Shown piece by piece: positions 36,300-45,028 of a stretch of 64,000 nucleotides of DNA. Position numbers and translations under genes: made by a program. The notes below the pieces were generated by a model. It saw only the letters and a program-made list of their open reading frames with translations. It ran no database searches and was not told the DNA's origin. Within the stretch, counting starts at the first letter, position 1. Each line of letters begins with the position of its first letter. The DNA is from a virus. The stretch covers positions 37,631 to 101,630 of the IMG/VR virus record IMGVR_UViG_3300045988_144418; one strand, given 5' to 3'.

Positions 36300-37750
36300 C
36301 ACCAGACAAGTATCAACAGGCGGTGATTGATGAATATAGGCGCACCAATCACAATATCTTTATAAGCGCGACGGCAGGAAGTGGCAAGACCACCTGTCTT
36401 TTGGAACTTGCCAAGAGAACTCCTCCTATTAAGTCTTCCATCTTTCTTGCATTTAACAAGTCTATTGCCGAGGAACTTGGCAGGAAGCTTCCTCCTACGG
36501 TTAAGGCTATGACGCTTCACGGATGTGCACTGGCGGCTCTTTGTAAGGCGTTTTCTCTGAAGTTTACAATCAAGGAAAACAAGTATTTTAGTATAGCGAG
36601 TGAGATTCTGGAATCACATAAGGTGCATTTCAAGCGGATTCCTGGACTTGCCGTGCGTATGTGCAGACTGCACGATCTTATGCGATACAATCTTGTCAGT
36701 GGTGGTGTGGATGAGATCTGTGTCCTTGCTGAGAGATACGGTGAGGACTGTGATGAGAAAATGGCTGGATACGCCTATGAGCTGTATTCAGCGGCAAGGC
36801 GAGCGGCTGACACGTTCTTTTCAGGTGGCGGTCAGGGAACCATCTCCATGGACTTCACGGATATGCTTGTGTGGGCGGTGAAATATGTACCTCAAGCGGA
36901 GTTCAAGCAGTATAGTGTGGTGATGTGTGATGAGTGTCAGGACATTAGTGCATTACAATATGAGTTGATAAAGAGATTGAAGACTCCAAAGGGGCGTCTT
37001 GTGGCTGTGGGTGATCCAAGACAGTCCATCTATTCATTTCAGGGTTCTAATCTGGATTCGCTCCATGCCATACAGAATTCGCTTAATACAGTGACGCTAC
37101 CTTTGTCCATCACCTATCGTTGTGCCAAGGCCATTGTCAAGGAGGCTCAAAGGGTGTTTCCGGAGGGCATAGAAGCGGCTCCGACAGCTGTTGAGGGTAC
37201 GGTCACGAGGGGGCGACTTAATGAGGCCGTTGAGGGTGACTTCATCCTATGTCGTAATAATGCACCATTGATAGATGCTTGGTTGAAGCTTGTTAAGATG
37301 GGTCGTAGGTGCGTGATACTCGGCAAGGATTTCGGTGATGCTCTTATGGAGCTTCTGGACAATGCGGAGTGTGTGGATGACCTGGAGAAGCCGCTTGTGG
37401 ATCTTCTGGAGCGACTGCATCGTAAGGGCATTGAAAGACCTGAGAGAACAGAGGCATACGCCAATCTGGATGAAAAGGTGAATATTCTGCTGAACCTGTT
37501 TGACTTCTTTGGTAGCCTTGAGGCAGTGAGAGAAAGAATTTTTGATATTTTTGTGGAAAACGCTGATGAGAAGCACGTTATTTTATCAACAATTCACAAA
37601 TCCAAGGGGCTTGAAGCTGATAGAGTGTTCTTCCTTGAACCAGAGTTGATTCCAAGCAGGTTTGCGACAACGGAATTGTCTATGTATGCCGAGAAGTGCC
37701 TTATGTTTGTGGCTATTACACGAGCGAAGAAAGAATTGATTTACATATAG
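36296..37750 (+). CDS. UvrD/PcrA-like superfamily-1 helicase (copy 1)
   Basis: Walker A ISATAGSGKTT, motif II VMCDECQD, VGDPRQSIYSFQG, TIHKSKGLEADRVF, VAITRAK. Confidence 0.8.
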   Translation: MTPDKYQQAVIDEYRRTNHNIFISATAGSGKTTCLLELAKRTPPIKSSIFLAFNKSIAEELGRKLPPTVKAMTLHGCALAALCKAFSLKFTIKENKYFSIASEILESHKVHFKRIPGLAVRMCRLHDLMRYNLVSGGVDEICVLAERYGEDCDEKMAGYAYELYSAARRAADTFFSGGGQGTISMDFTDMLVWAVKYVPQAEFKQYSVVMCDECQDISALQYELIKRLKTPKGRLVAVGDPRQSIYSFQGSNLDSLHAIQNSLNTVTLPLSITYRCAKAIVKEAQRVFPEGIEAAPTAVEGTVTRGRLNEAVEGDFILCRNNAPLIDAWLKLVKMGRRCVILGKDFGDALMELLDNAECVDDLEKPLVDLLERLHRKGIERPERTEAYANLDEKVNILLNLFDFFGSLEAVRERIFDIFVENADEKHVILSTIHKSKGLEADRVFFLEPELIPSRFATTELSMYAEKCLMFVAITRAKKELIYI

Positions 37751-37752
37751 TT

Positions 37753-38172
37753 ATGGAAAAAAAAAAGGAATTTAAGATTTACATTATTGTACCAAGGGGT
37801 AAGAATCGTGTATTGCTTAACTGTAATAACATGAAGTCTATGCAGGGCTTAACACCGACAGCTGAGATTCTTGCCACACATTTTCAAGCGGAGCGGGTGC
37901 GTGTGGAAATCTGGAAAAGAGACCACCCCGAATGGTGTAGATTATCAGTTAATCAAAAAAGGGCTTCAGCGGAACAGTCTTACAGGCCACAGCCTCTCTA
38001 CATCGAAACGGAGCCTGACAGGTTCCAGGACATTGTGGACGAGGTTAAGAATAAGGTTACTGGATGTAATGACTTATCACATATTGCTCTGACAATGGGT
38101 TCCGTCTATATACCTTGCTGTATCATAAGTGCGTTCCATCCTGAGGAATACGAAAAACAATCCATTAAATAA
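37753..38172 (+). CDS. hypothetical protein
   Basis: First ATG is at 37753 (MEKKKEFKIY), 2 nt after the upstream stop. Confidence 0.45.
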   Translation: MEKKKEFKIYIIVPRGKNRVLLNCNNMKSMQGLTPTAEILATHFQAERVRVEIWKRDHPEWCRLSVNQKRASAEQSYRPQPLYIETEPDRFQDIVDEVKNKVTGCNDLSHIALTMGSVYIPCCIISAFHPEEYEKQSIK

Positions 38173-38184
38173 AAGAAGATTACG

Positions 38185-39801
38185 ATGAACACAAGAATTC
38201 TTTTTGGAAAGGACGCAAGAGCAGCTCTGCTCGCTGGAGCGGAGGAGCTCTATTCAGCGGTGGCGTCCACACTCGGACCGAGAGGTCACACGGTTGCGAT
38301 TGATAAGGGGTACGGCATACCTCATATCACCAAGGATGGTGTGACGGTGGCTCGTGCCTATGACATTGATGATCCGATGAAGCGAATGGGCGCAACACTC
38401 GTTAAGATGGTGGCTGCAAAGACCTGTGATCAAGCAGGTGACGGAACCACCACGGCCACGATATTGTCCTACGCTATGATGAAGCGTGGTGTGTGTGGCT
38501 CGGTGAACATACAGAATCCGCATGAGTATCGCAGAGGTATGGAAGACGCACTGGATGAGGCTGTCAGCTATATTAAGTCCAGTGCTGTAAAGATAGAGCC
38601 TGACGAGATTGACAAAATCAGACAGGTGGCCAAGGTGTCAGCCAACGGTGATGATATGGTGGCTGATCTTATTACATCGGCGATAGAGAGTGTCGGCAAT
38701 GACGGCATCATTACCGTTGAGGAGAGCACCAAGGGAGATGAATCCACGGTGGAGGTTACAACTGGCTTTCAGTGGAGTAAGGGGATTATAAATCCATATT
38801 TTGTTACTGACAGTGAGCGAATGGAGTGTGTTCTGGATAAGCCGTATGTTCTTATCTGGGGTCAAAACATCAATTATGTTCAGGAGATTCTTGCTGTGGT
38901 GCAGACTGTATATACAGCCAAGAGATCCCTTTTGATTGTAGCTCCAAACGCTTCCAATGACGTGATAAAGTTTCTTGTCACAAACGTTCAGCAGAATAAC
39001 GGTCTAAAGGCATGTTTTGTAAAGGCTCCAGGATTCGGTCAGATGCAGAAAGACTTGATGCAGGATTTGGCTGTAAAGGTGGGCGGCAAAATTGTTGGTG
39101 AGGAATACGGTAATGCCATGGAGTCATTTGGAACTGACTGGCTTGGTGAGGTGGACAAGGCCACAATCTCAGCCAATAGAACCGTTCTCGTGGGCGGTGC
39201 TGGAAAGTCTGTGGATATAGATGCTCGAATAGAATTCATCAGGAATGAAATGGCTGAAAACTCCAACACCTATGATAGAGAAAAGTATAGAGAGCGCATC
39301 AGTCGTCTTACAGGCGGTGCGGCTGTCATCTATGTAGGTGCGGACAGTGAAGTGGAGATGAATGAGCGCAAGGATAGAGTGGATGACGCCATTGCGGCCA
39401 CCAGAGCCGCTCTTGATGAGGGTTATGTTCCGGGAGGGGGGACAATTCAGTATAAGATAGCCAAGATTCTGGAAAGGTCACTGGATGACAACCCAAAATG
39501 GAGCACCGATTATTTGGAGGGCTACCGTACTGTGATTGATGCCCTGAAGAAACACTTTCACATTCTATGTGAGAATGCAGGAGTGGAGCCTATTCGGATT
39601 GAGGTTATGATGGACTTGAAGTCCACGGCATTACAGCAGGGCTACAATCCATTTACTAACAGTATAGAGGATATGTATAAGGCTGGCGTGATAGATCCAG
39701 CCAAGGTCACACGAACATCACTGGAGAATGCTGTGTCGGTGGCCGTTCAGTTCCTCGGTATGTCGTGCGCTATGTCAGGTGAGGAGGCTAAGAAAGTATG
39801 A
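38185..39801 (+). CDS. groL: GroEL-family chaperonin (Cpn60)
   Basis: DAGDGTTTATIL-type ATP motif (QAGDGTTTATIL), ITVEEST, AALDEGYVPGGG; length 538 aa. Confidence 0.9.
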   Translation: MNTRILFGKDARAALLAGAEELYSAVASTLGPRGHTVAIDKGYGIPHITKDGVTVARAYDIDDPMKRMGATLVKMVAAKTCDQAGDGTTTATILSYAMMKRGVCGSVNIQNPHEYRRGMEDALDEAVSYIKSSAVKIEPDEIDKIRQVAKVSANGDDMVADLITSAIESVGNDGIITVEESTKGDESTVEVTTGFQWSKGIINPYFVTDSERMECVLDKPYVLIWGQNINYVQEILAVVQTVYTAKRSLLIVAPNASNDVIKFLVTNVQQNNGLKACFVKAPGFGQMQKDLMQDLAVKVGGKIVGEEYGNAMESFGTDWLGEVDKATISANRTVLVGGAGKSVDIDARIEFIRNEMAENSNTYDREKYRERISRLTGGAAVIYVGADSEVEMNERKDRVDDAIAATRAALDEGYVPGGGTIQYKIAKILERSLDDNPKWSTDYLEGYRTVIDALKKHFHILCENAGVEPIRIEVMMDLKSTALQQGYNPFTNSIEDMYKAGVIDPAKVTRTSLENAVSVAVQFLGMSCAMSGEEAKKV

Positions 39802-40022
39802 GCAGAAAGATCATTGGTAAGGGCGACATTGTTCGCATACGCCACAATACGTCAGATCATTTCTTCAAGGAGAACGAGCTTGTGGTTGTCAAGGAGACGT
39901 ACCCTCTATATGAGGATGATCCTGAATATCTAAAGTGTGCCAACAGAGAGACACACTGGATGGTTAATATGGAGGACGTCACTCTGTTTGAGCGCAACCC
40001 ACACCCTGACGACGATGAATAA
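39798..40022 (+). CDS. hypothetical small protein (not recognisably GroES)
   Basis: 74 aa, coupled to groL by a 4-nt overlap. No GroES mobile-loop pattern seen. Confidence 0.4.
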   Translation: MSRKIIGKGDIVRIRHNTSDHFFKENELVVVKETYPLYEDDPEYLKCANRETHWMVNMEDVTLFERNPHPDDDE

Positions 40023-40049
40023 AGATCAAGTTTAATCAATTAAATAAAA

Positions 40050-40514
40050 ATGATTATGTATTACGAAGTAAGAGTTAAGAGAACGTGCATCACTGACGGC
40101 AACGCCTATGGCACGCTGAAGGAGTCCTATCTGGTCAATGCGGTGAGCTACACTGACGCTGAGGCAAGTGTGGCTCGCTATATGGAGACTGTTTATCCAG
40201 GAGCCGAGTACAGCGTTCAGCGCATTTCCAAGAGCAGGGTTGAGGACTATGTTCAGAAGGAATCGGCCGATGGTCAGAAAAAGCCTGAAGCTTATTACAA
40301 GGTGCGTTGTGCCTATGTGGAGGACATTGACGGTCACGCCAAGAAGCGTAAAGTGATGGTACTCGTGAACGCTTTTGACGTGGAAGAGGCCGCTTTAACG
40401 GCATTGTCCATCTATGACCCTGATGGAGATCTGAAGCATGAAGAAGTCGTGAAAGTGGAGAAGACATCCATTGTTGACGTTATAGACATAAGTGGTGAAG
40501 AACTTAGGTCATAG
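40050..40514 (+). CDS. DUF4494-like protein
   Basis: YYEVRVKRT...GTLKESYLVNAVSYTDAEASVARYM resembles, from memory, Bacteroidetes DUF4494 (WFECKVKYEK...VTEPYLVDALSFTEAEARI). An alternative ATG lies at 40056. Confidence 0.5.
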   Translation: MIMYYEVRVKRTCITDGNAYGTLKESYLVNAVSYTDAEASVARYMETVYPGAEYSVQRISKSRVEDYVQKESADGQKKPEAYYKVRCAYVEDIDGHAKKRKVMVLVNAFDVEEAALTALSIYDPDGDLKHEEVVKVEKTSIVDVIDISGEELRS

Positions 40515-40530
40515 TTTAGTGTGTGAATCA

Positions 40531-40575
40531 CCCCTGTCGTGGAGGAAGTCTTCGGCAGGGGTTAATTTCTTTTAC
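40531..40575 (+). terminator. rho-independent terminator
   Basis: cccctgtcg...cggcagggg followed by ttaatttctttt. Confidence 0.6.
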
Positions 40576-40577
40576 CT

Positions 40578-42023
40578 ATGTCGAATGGAAAATCAGTACC
40601 GAAGCGAGTGATAACTGAGCAGGACGTGGAACGCATTATGCGAACAGCTCCTGACTGGATTATGGATGCGGCTGACGAGATACATGATTTATATGTGGCG
40701 GCTGAATGGGCAAAGGAGGAGCGTGACCTGTCTCCAAAACGATATTTTGATATTACCCTGAATGCAGGCACGGCCAAGGAGAAGGAACTTCACATTGACT
40801 TCCAGCAAACGGTGAATCCGTCATCAGTTATCAAGTCATCAGGCGGCACACTGGAGGATATGCAGAGAGCCAATGGAGCACGTCTCGGCTATCTGGCTCT
40901 TGACCGTGCCTACAACAATGCTGTTCTCGCCCTGAATACGGCCTTGGGCATACGAAGTCGCAAGCCAAGGAACATCGTGGACTATACAGGCACGATAATG
41001 GAGCTGTTCGGCAAGTTCTACACTGTGGCTGACGTGCACAACGTGTTAAGCAAGGAGTATCGTATAAAGGTTCCTGAGGACGAGCTTCGTAAGTTCTATG
41101 TGGAGCATCGTGATCTGATAACCAAGCGTAGAGCCGAGTATGTACTGAATAGCAAGGAGTTCAGAATAGCCACTGAAACAGGTCGTCTGGAGGTGTTGAA
41201 CAAGCTTCTTGTGGAGTTCGAGGTGAAGAACAAGGCGGCAGGAGGAAGCAATCTGGAGATATCCAGCATGATTTTGCGCATCATTGAACAGGCACGCAAG
41301 GAGGTCAAGGGGAACGAGCTGAAGATGACCGTGGACGGACGAATAGACGTGTCAGCCACGGTTCACGCAGAATCCAACGTGATGGATGTGATGAAGCATC
41401 TGTCCATTAACGCTCTTGTCATCGGTCTGACAGCGGCCAAGGCAGGACTGAATCCAGCCGTGTTGATAGGACAGCTCGCGAACAGTTGGTATAGTCAGTT
41501 TAACGGATTCAACGGCAACATTATGGAGGGTAAGGAAGTGCGTCTTCCTTCCGCACTGATACGTTCCTATGACTGGGATGTGATAGCCAAGGAGAGCAAG
41601 GCGTTTATCGGGGAATTTAAGCCCATTACGGATGTTGTTGATGAGCAGGACACCATTGCTCGGGAACAGGGTGAAAGTCGTCGTGAGGAGCTTGTAAATC
41701 GTCTTAGAAACATAAAGAATGCGAAGAACAGAGAACAGGAAAGAGCCAACCCTTACACCACGGACGGACTGCCAGAGGAGGCCTCCGGAGGTCTGGTGGC
41801 AGCCCCTGTCACGGCAGGAGAAGGAGCAGCGGAGCCAAAGCATGAATTTGAAGTGGATTACGCCTTAAATAACAATCAGAAGCAGAAACATAACATTCGC
41901 ATTCGGGGGAAGATACGTGAATCCATTGACCGTCATGCGGCTCAGAGGGGGGTTACGGCTGAGAAAAGGCGCAAGGCCAGAGTCGTGCGTAGGAAGGACG
42001 CCAATAAGGGCAAGAATGAATAG
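40578..42023 (+). CDS. hypothetical protein with basic C-terminal tail
   Basis: 481-aa ORF between two hairpins. No catalytic motif recognised; in particular I saw no serine- or tyrosine-recombinase signature. Confidence 0.5.
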   Translation: MSNGKSVPKRVITEQDVERIMRTAPDWIMDAADEIHDLYVAAEWAKEERDLSPKRYFDITLNAGTAKEKELHIDFQQTVNPSSVIKSSGGTLEDMQRANGARLGYLALDRAYNNAVLALNTALGIRSRKPRNIVDYTGTIMELFGKFYTVADVHNVLSKEYRIKVPEDELRKFYVEHRDLITKRRAEYVLNSKEFRIATETGRLEVLNKLLVEFEVKNKAAGGSNLEISSMILRIIEQARKEVKGNELKMTVDGRIDVSATVHAESNVMDVMKHLSINALVIGLTAAKAGLNPAVLIGQLANSWYSQFNGFNGNIMEGKEVRLPSALIRSYDWDVIAKESKAFIGEFKPITDVVDEQDTIAREQGESRREELVNRLRNIKNAKNREQERANPYTTDGLPEEASGGLVAAPVTAGEGAAEPKHEFEVDYALNNNQKQKHNIRIRGKIRESIDRHAAQRGVTAEKRRKARVVRRKDANKGKNE

Positions 42024-42044
42024 AATTGCTATATTTGCAGCGTT

Positions 42045-42431
42045 ATGAAGATAGTGTATAACAAAATAATTCCCTTTAAGGGGTATCTCTGCATTAATCT
42101 GTTCGAGGTGCTCTTTGTGCGTGGTACGAGGGTGAAAAAGGAACATCGAATCACCGCCAAGGTGGTGAATCATGAGGGGATTCACACGGCACAGATGAGG
42201 GAGATGGGTTACATTTTCTTTTATCTGTGGTACTTCGTGGAATACTGTATCATCAGGCTCTTTCATCAGAAGCAGGGTTGTGCCTATCGGGACGTTTCCT
42301 TTGAGGAGGAAGCCCATCGTCACGAGAATGACTATCAATATCTGCAGAACAGACGTCACTATGCTTGGTTCAAGTACCTCAGGGCGAGAAGCAACCATTT
42401 GCATACTGGACACGGCTACTGTCAGAGGTGA
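42045..42431 (+). CDS. hypothetical HExxH metallopeptidase-like protein
   Basis: VVNHEGIHTAQMRE (HExxH). A TATATTTG box at 42030-42037 lies only 7 nt before the ATG. Confidence 0.45.
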   Translation: MKIVYNKIIPFKGYLCINLFEVLFVRGTRVKKEHRITAKVVNHEGIHTAQMREMGYIFFYLWYFVEYCIIRLFHQKQGCAYRDVSFEEEAHRHENDYQYLQNRRHYAWFKYLRARSNHLHTGHGYCQR

Positions 42432-42449
42432 TATATGTATGTAAATCAG

Positions 42450-42471
42450 GGACGCCCAGACGTGGGCGTCC
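42450..42471 (+). terminator. GC-rich hairpin upstream of the fibre gene (no T-tract)
   Basis: ggacgccca-gacg-tgggcgtcc. The lack of a U-tract makes terminator function uncertain. Confidence 0.35.
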
Positions 42472-42507
42472 TCCAAAATGTTTAATAATTATTAAATCTA
42501 ATTCATT

Positions 42508-43422
42508 ATGGCAAAACCAGATTGGATAACATTAAGCAAGACGTCAGGTACAGGCAATGATACTGTTACCGTGACGGCTGCGAAGAACACGGGCACCTCT
42601 GCAAGGAGCGGCTCAATCACTGTCAAGTCAGGATCTCTATCAAAGGTGGTGACGATAAGTCAAGAGGCGCAGACCCAGAATTCTCTCGTGTGGCCTACAA
42701 GTGGGCTGGCGTTTCCTCCGATTCAGAATTATAGTTCTAACAATTCTACTCACCTGGATGTGGATCTTAAATACTTTGACGGTTCACTCACCACACTGGA
42801 CGCTACAATCTTTATGGTGAATGGTGAGGAAGAATCCTCCAGCCGAGTTCTATCTGACTTCGGTCTATCCTTGACAGGGTCTATCATAAAGACAAACGGT
42901 GACACCACGACAGTCAGGTTCCAGGTGACAGTCACTGATTCCACCAAGCTGGAGGCCGAGCTGGACACTTCCCATTATGGAGAGGGAACCGAGACGGAGC
43001 CATATTATGGAGACATGAGTTTTTACATCACTGGATTGAAAGGTGAGGACGGTGTGGGTGTTGCAAGCGAAACGTATGCGCTTACAATCTACAAGGTAGT
43101 GCCACAAAGCCCTGTTGGTAAAATTACATTATCGCCTGAAACTGTGGAGATTGATCTTGAGGGTAATGCTTCCGTTACCGTAACTTATTCCAACATCGTT
43201 CCTTCCTCCATCCAAATAGACACAAGTGAAGTCCCTGACAGCATTACAATTGCCCCTCAGAACCTGCCTGTCGGACAGGAAATAAGTAGTGGAACACTTG
43301 ATCTCTTTATTACCGTTAGTTCAGAAGCGACAACGGATTTCAACCACGAATTTAACGTTTCAGGTCGTGATTCTGAAGGTCAGACAATCACGGCAACAGG
43401 TACAATCTATATTAGACCGTAG
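42508..43422 (+). CDS. BACON-domain tail fibre / receptor-binding protein, currently expressed variant
   Basis: The N-terminus PDWITLSKTSGTGNDTVTVTAAKNTGTSARSGSITVKSGSLSKVVTISQ is BACON-like. Codons 35-53 lie inside the left 55-bp inverted repeat. Confidence 0.65.
   Translation: MAKPDWITLSKTSGTGNDTVTVTAAKNTGTSARSGSITVKSGSLSKVVTISQEAQTQNSLVWPTSGLAFPPIQNYSSNNSTHLDVDLKYFDGSLTTLDATIFMVNGEEESSSRVLSDFGLSLTGSIIKTNGDTTTVRFQVTVTDSTKLEAELDTSHYGEGTETEPYYGDMSFYITGLKGEDGVGVASETYALTIYKVVPQSPVGKITLSPETVEIDLEGNASVTVTYSNIVPSSIQIDTSEVPDSITIAPQNLPVGQEISSGTLDLFITVSSEATTDFNHEFNVSGRDSEGQTITATGTIYIRP
42611..42665 (+). repeat. left 55-bp inverted repeat (IR-L)
   Basis: gctcaatcactgtcaagtcaggatctctatcaaaggtggtgacgataagtcaaga is the exact reverse complement of 44477-44531. 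Confidence 0.95.
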
Positions 43423-43448
43423 GTTTTGTGAATTTAATTGCAAATTCA

Positions 43449-43474
43449 AGGGAACGTCCTATTGGGCGTTCCCT
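43449..43474. terminator. shared hairpin between the two convergent fibre cassettes (bidirectional terminator candidate)
   Basis: agggaacg-tcctattgg-cgttccct, flanked by A/T-rich sequence on both sides. Confidence 0.55.
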
Positions 43475-43521
43475 AATTATTTAGAAGATTGTAGGATACA
43501 TATAAATTCTGACAATCTTCT

Positions 43522-44496
43522 TTATGATATATCAAGGAACTCATCATCACAATATAAGGTGATAATTATATCGTCCTTAATAGATACATAACCATTTAAA
43601 TCTAACAAAGATGGATTTTGCATCTCAAGCACGACAGACGAATCAAATCCAGGAACTTCTGTTCCGAAATAAGTCTCTGACAAATCAAAGGTAGGCAAAT
43701 TTAATAAACTTAAATTACCTGTTTTGATCTCTGAAATTGACACAACACCGATTTGGGTAGCTTCTATGGCAGCAAAATCAGTAACAAAGGCTAGATTATT
43801 TAGTTTGAAAACTGAGAACGGCATTGGAATGCACCTATATACATCCATCCTAAGTTCTGGTACTGATCCACCTGCATCTACACCTGTTACGTAAGGAAAT
43901 ATAGGTAAGTAACTTGTATTGTTATCCCTGTTTATTAACCAAACAAGACCGAACTTCTCACTGGTAAATTGTGATGGCATTCTGGAGAGGAAAATCGAAT
44001 CTGATCTAATGACTGCGTGGTATCTGGTTTGATATTCTTCAACAATACAATCAGATTCAAGTATAATTGAAGAATCATGAGAAGTAACGACATTCTCAAC
44101 TTTGGTAAAGAGATCTGCTTGAACTTTTGCAATTTCACATAACAAGAAGTTCTCATTGTTATAAAAGTCTGTATGTGCAGACGTTTCATTATTATAAACA
44201 GTATCAGGATTAGTGGATCCGTTTAATATATGAACATATAAGAACTGATTATATTTCCAGTCAACCTGCAACTTGTTGTATAATTCGGTAACATTAGACT
44301 TTGGAATATCAATGTATATGTATTGTGAATCCATTGATACGATTGTTCCCAAAGATAAACCATCCGTTACAGTCAAGCCATTGGTATTAATATATACTTC
44401 TGTATCATGATTCGTTACATCTAAATTTTGATCAGCATTTGATATTGCAATCTTCATTGCAACAACGGTAGAAGCATCTTGACTTATCGTCACCAC
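43522..44496 (-). CDS. start-less alternative C-terminal cassette for the BACON-domain fibre (silent in this orientation)
   Basis: This is the only convincing minus-strand ORF in the window. Its 5' end is the right inverted repeat (…SITVKSGSLSKVVTISQ|DAST…). There is no ATG in frame before or inside the repeat after the in-frame TAA at 44545-44547; the track's 'M' is a GTG at 44496. Confidence 0.55.
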   Translation of the reverse strand: MVTISQDASTVVAMKIAISNADQNLDVTNHDTEVYINTNGLTVTDGLSLGTIVSMDSQYIYIDIPKSNVTELYNKLQVDWKYNQFLYVHILNGSTNPDTVYNNETSAHTDFYNNENFLLCEIAKVQADLFTKVENVVTSHDSSIILESDCIVEEYQTRYHAVIRSDSIFLSRMPSQFTSEKFGLVWLINRDNNTSYLPIFPYVTGVDAGGSVPELRMDVYRCIPMPFSVFKLNNLAFVTDFAAIEATQIGVVSISEIKTGNLSLLNLPTFDLSETYFGTEVPGFDSSVVLEMQNPSLLDLNGYVSIKDDIIITLYCDDEFLDIS

Positions 44497-44531
44497 CTTT
44501 GATAGAGATCCTGACTTGACAGTGATTGAGC
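44477..44531 (-). repeat. right 55-bp inverted repeat (IR-R)
   Basis: The + strand reads tcttgacttatcgtcaccacctttgatagagatcctgacttgacagtgattgagc, an exact reverse complement of IR-L. Confidence 0.95.
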
Positions 44532-44566
44532 ATTTGACGGAACGTTATTTGTAAACATATATTAAA

Positions 44567-45025
44567 ATGACAGTTATGACAGAGGAAAACATTATCATTA
44601 GACGGTTGAATGAGTTATTAGGCTCACACTTCACCGTGATGACCTACGCTTGGGGCTGTCACTGGAACGTGACAGGAATGGGATTTAAGGCGGCTCATGA
44701 CTTTTTGAAGGATCTTTATGAGGCCGAGCAGGAGCGTGTGGACGCCACGGCTGAAAGAATTCGTGCTCTGGGCGGCATGGCTTCAGCATCCATAGAGGAG
44801 ATGGAGCGTAGAACGCTTATATCCGCCGACGGTGATACCGTGAACAGTCATGACATGGCTTCCGTGTGGAGCAGCCTTGCTCGTCTATGGGGCAGTCTCA
44901 TCAACATTATAGCTGATGTTCATGGGGTCACGGCTGAGGCTGACATCGCGACACGGTCATTTCTGGAGAATATGACAGAGGAGATGCAGAAGGAACTATG
45001 GATGATCACGGCAAATCTTAAATAG
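44567..45025 (+). CDS. Dps/ferritin-like protein
   Basis: CHWNVTGMGFKAAHDFLKDLYEAEQERVDATAERIRALGG matches the Dps ferroxidase-helix pattern (HWNV.G..F..lH..f.e.y......D..AERi..LG). Confidence 0.75.
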   Translation: MTVMTEENIIIRRLNELLGSHFTVMTYAWGCHWNVTGMGFKAAHDFLKDLYEAEQERVDATAERIRALGGMASASIEEMERRTLISADGDTVNSHDMASVWSSLARLWGSLINIIADVHGVTAEADIATRSFLENMTEEMQKELWMITANLK

Positions 45026-45028
45026 GTT

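Larger units (their letters stand above)
42611..44531. other. putative invertible DNA segment (tail-fibre C-terminus switch)
   Basis: Perfect inverted repeats in the same reading frame flank two convergent C-terminal cassettes that share a central hairpin. Confidence 0.6.

Noticed and set aside
39798-40022. Possible GroES co-chaperonin downstream of GroEL.
   Set aside because: At 74 aa it is shorter than Cpn10. It has no mobile-loop or beta-barrel signature that I recognise, so I left it as hypothetical.
40578-42023. The 481-aa protein upstream of the invertible segment as the invertase.
   Set aside because: It has no N-terminal serine-recombinase motif (Y.RVS..Q-like) and no tyrosine-recombinase R..H..R..Y pattern visible. 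I cannot support a recombinase call.
42508-44496. Diversity-generating retroelement as an explanation for the variable fibre.
   Set aside because: There is no reverse transcriptase ORF in the window. There is also no template/variable repeat pair with adenine-specific mismatches. The only repeat is a perfect inverted pair, which points to inversion rather than mutagenic retrohoming.
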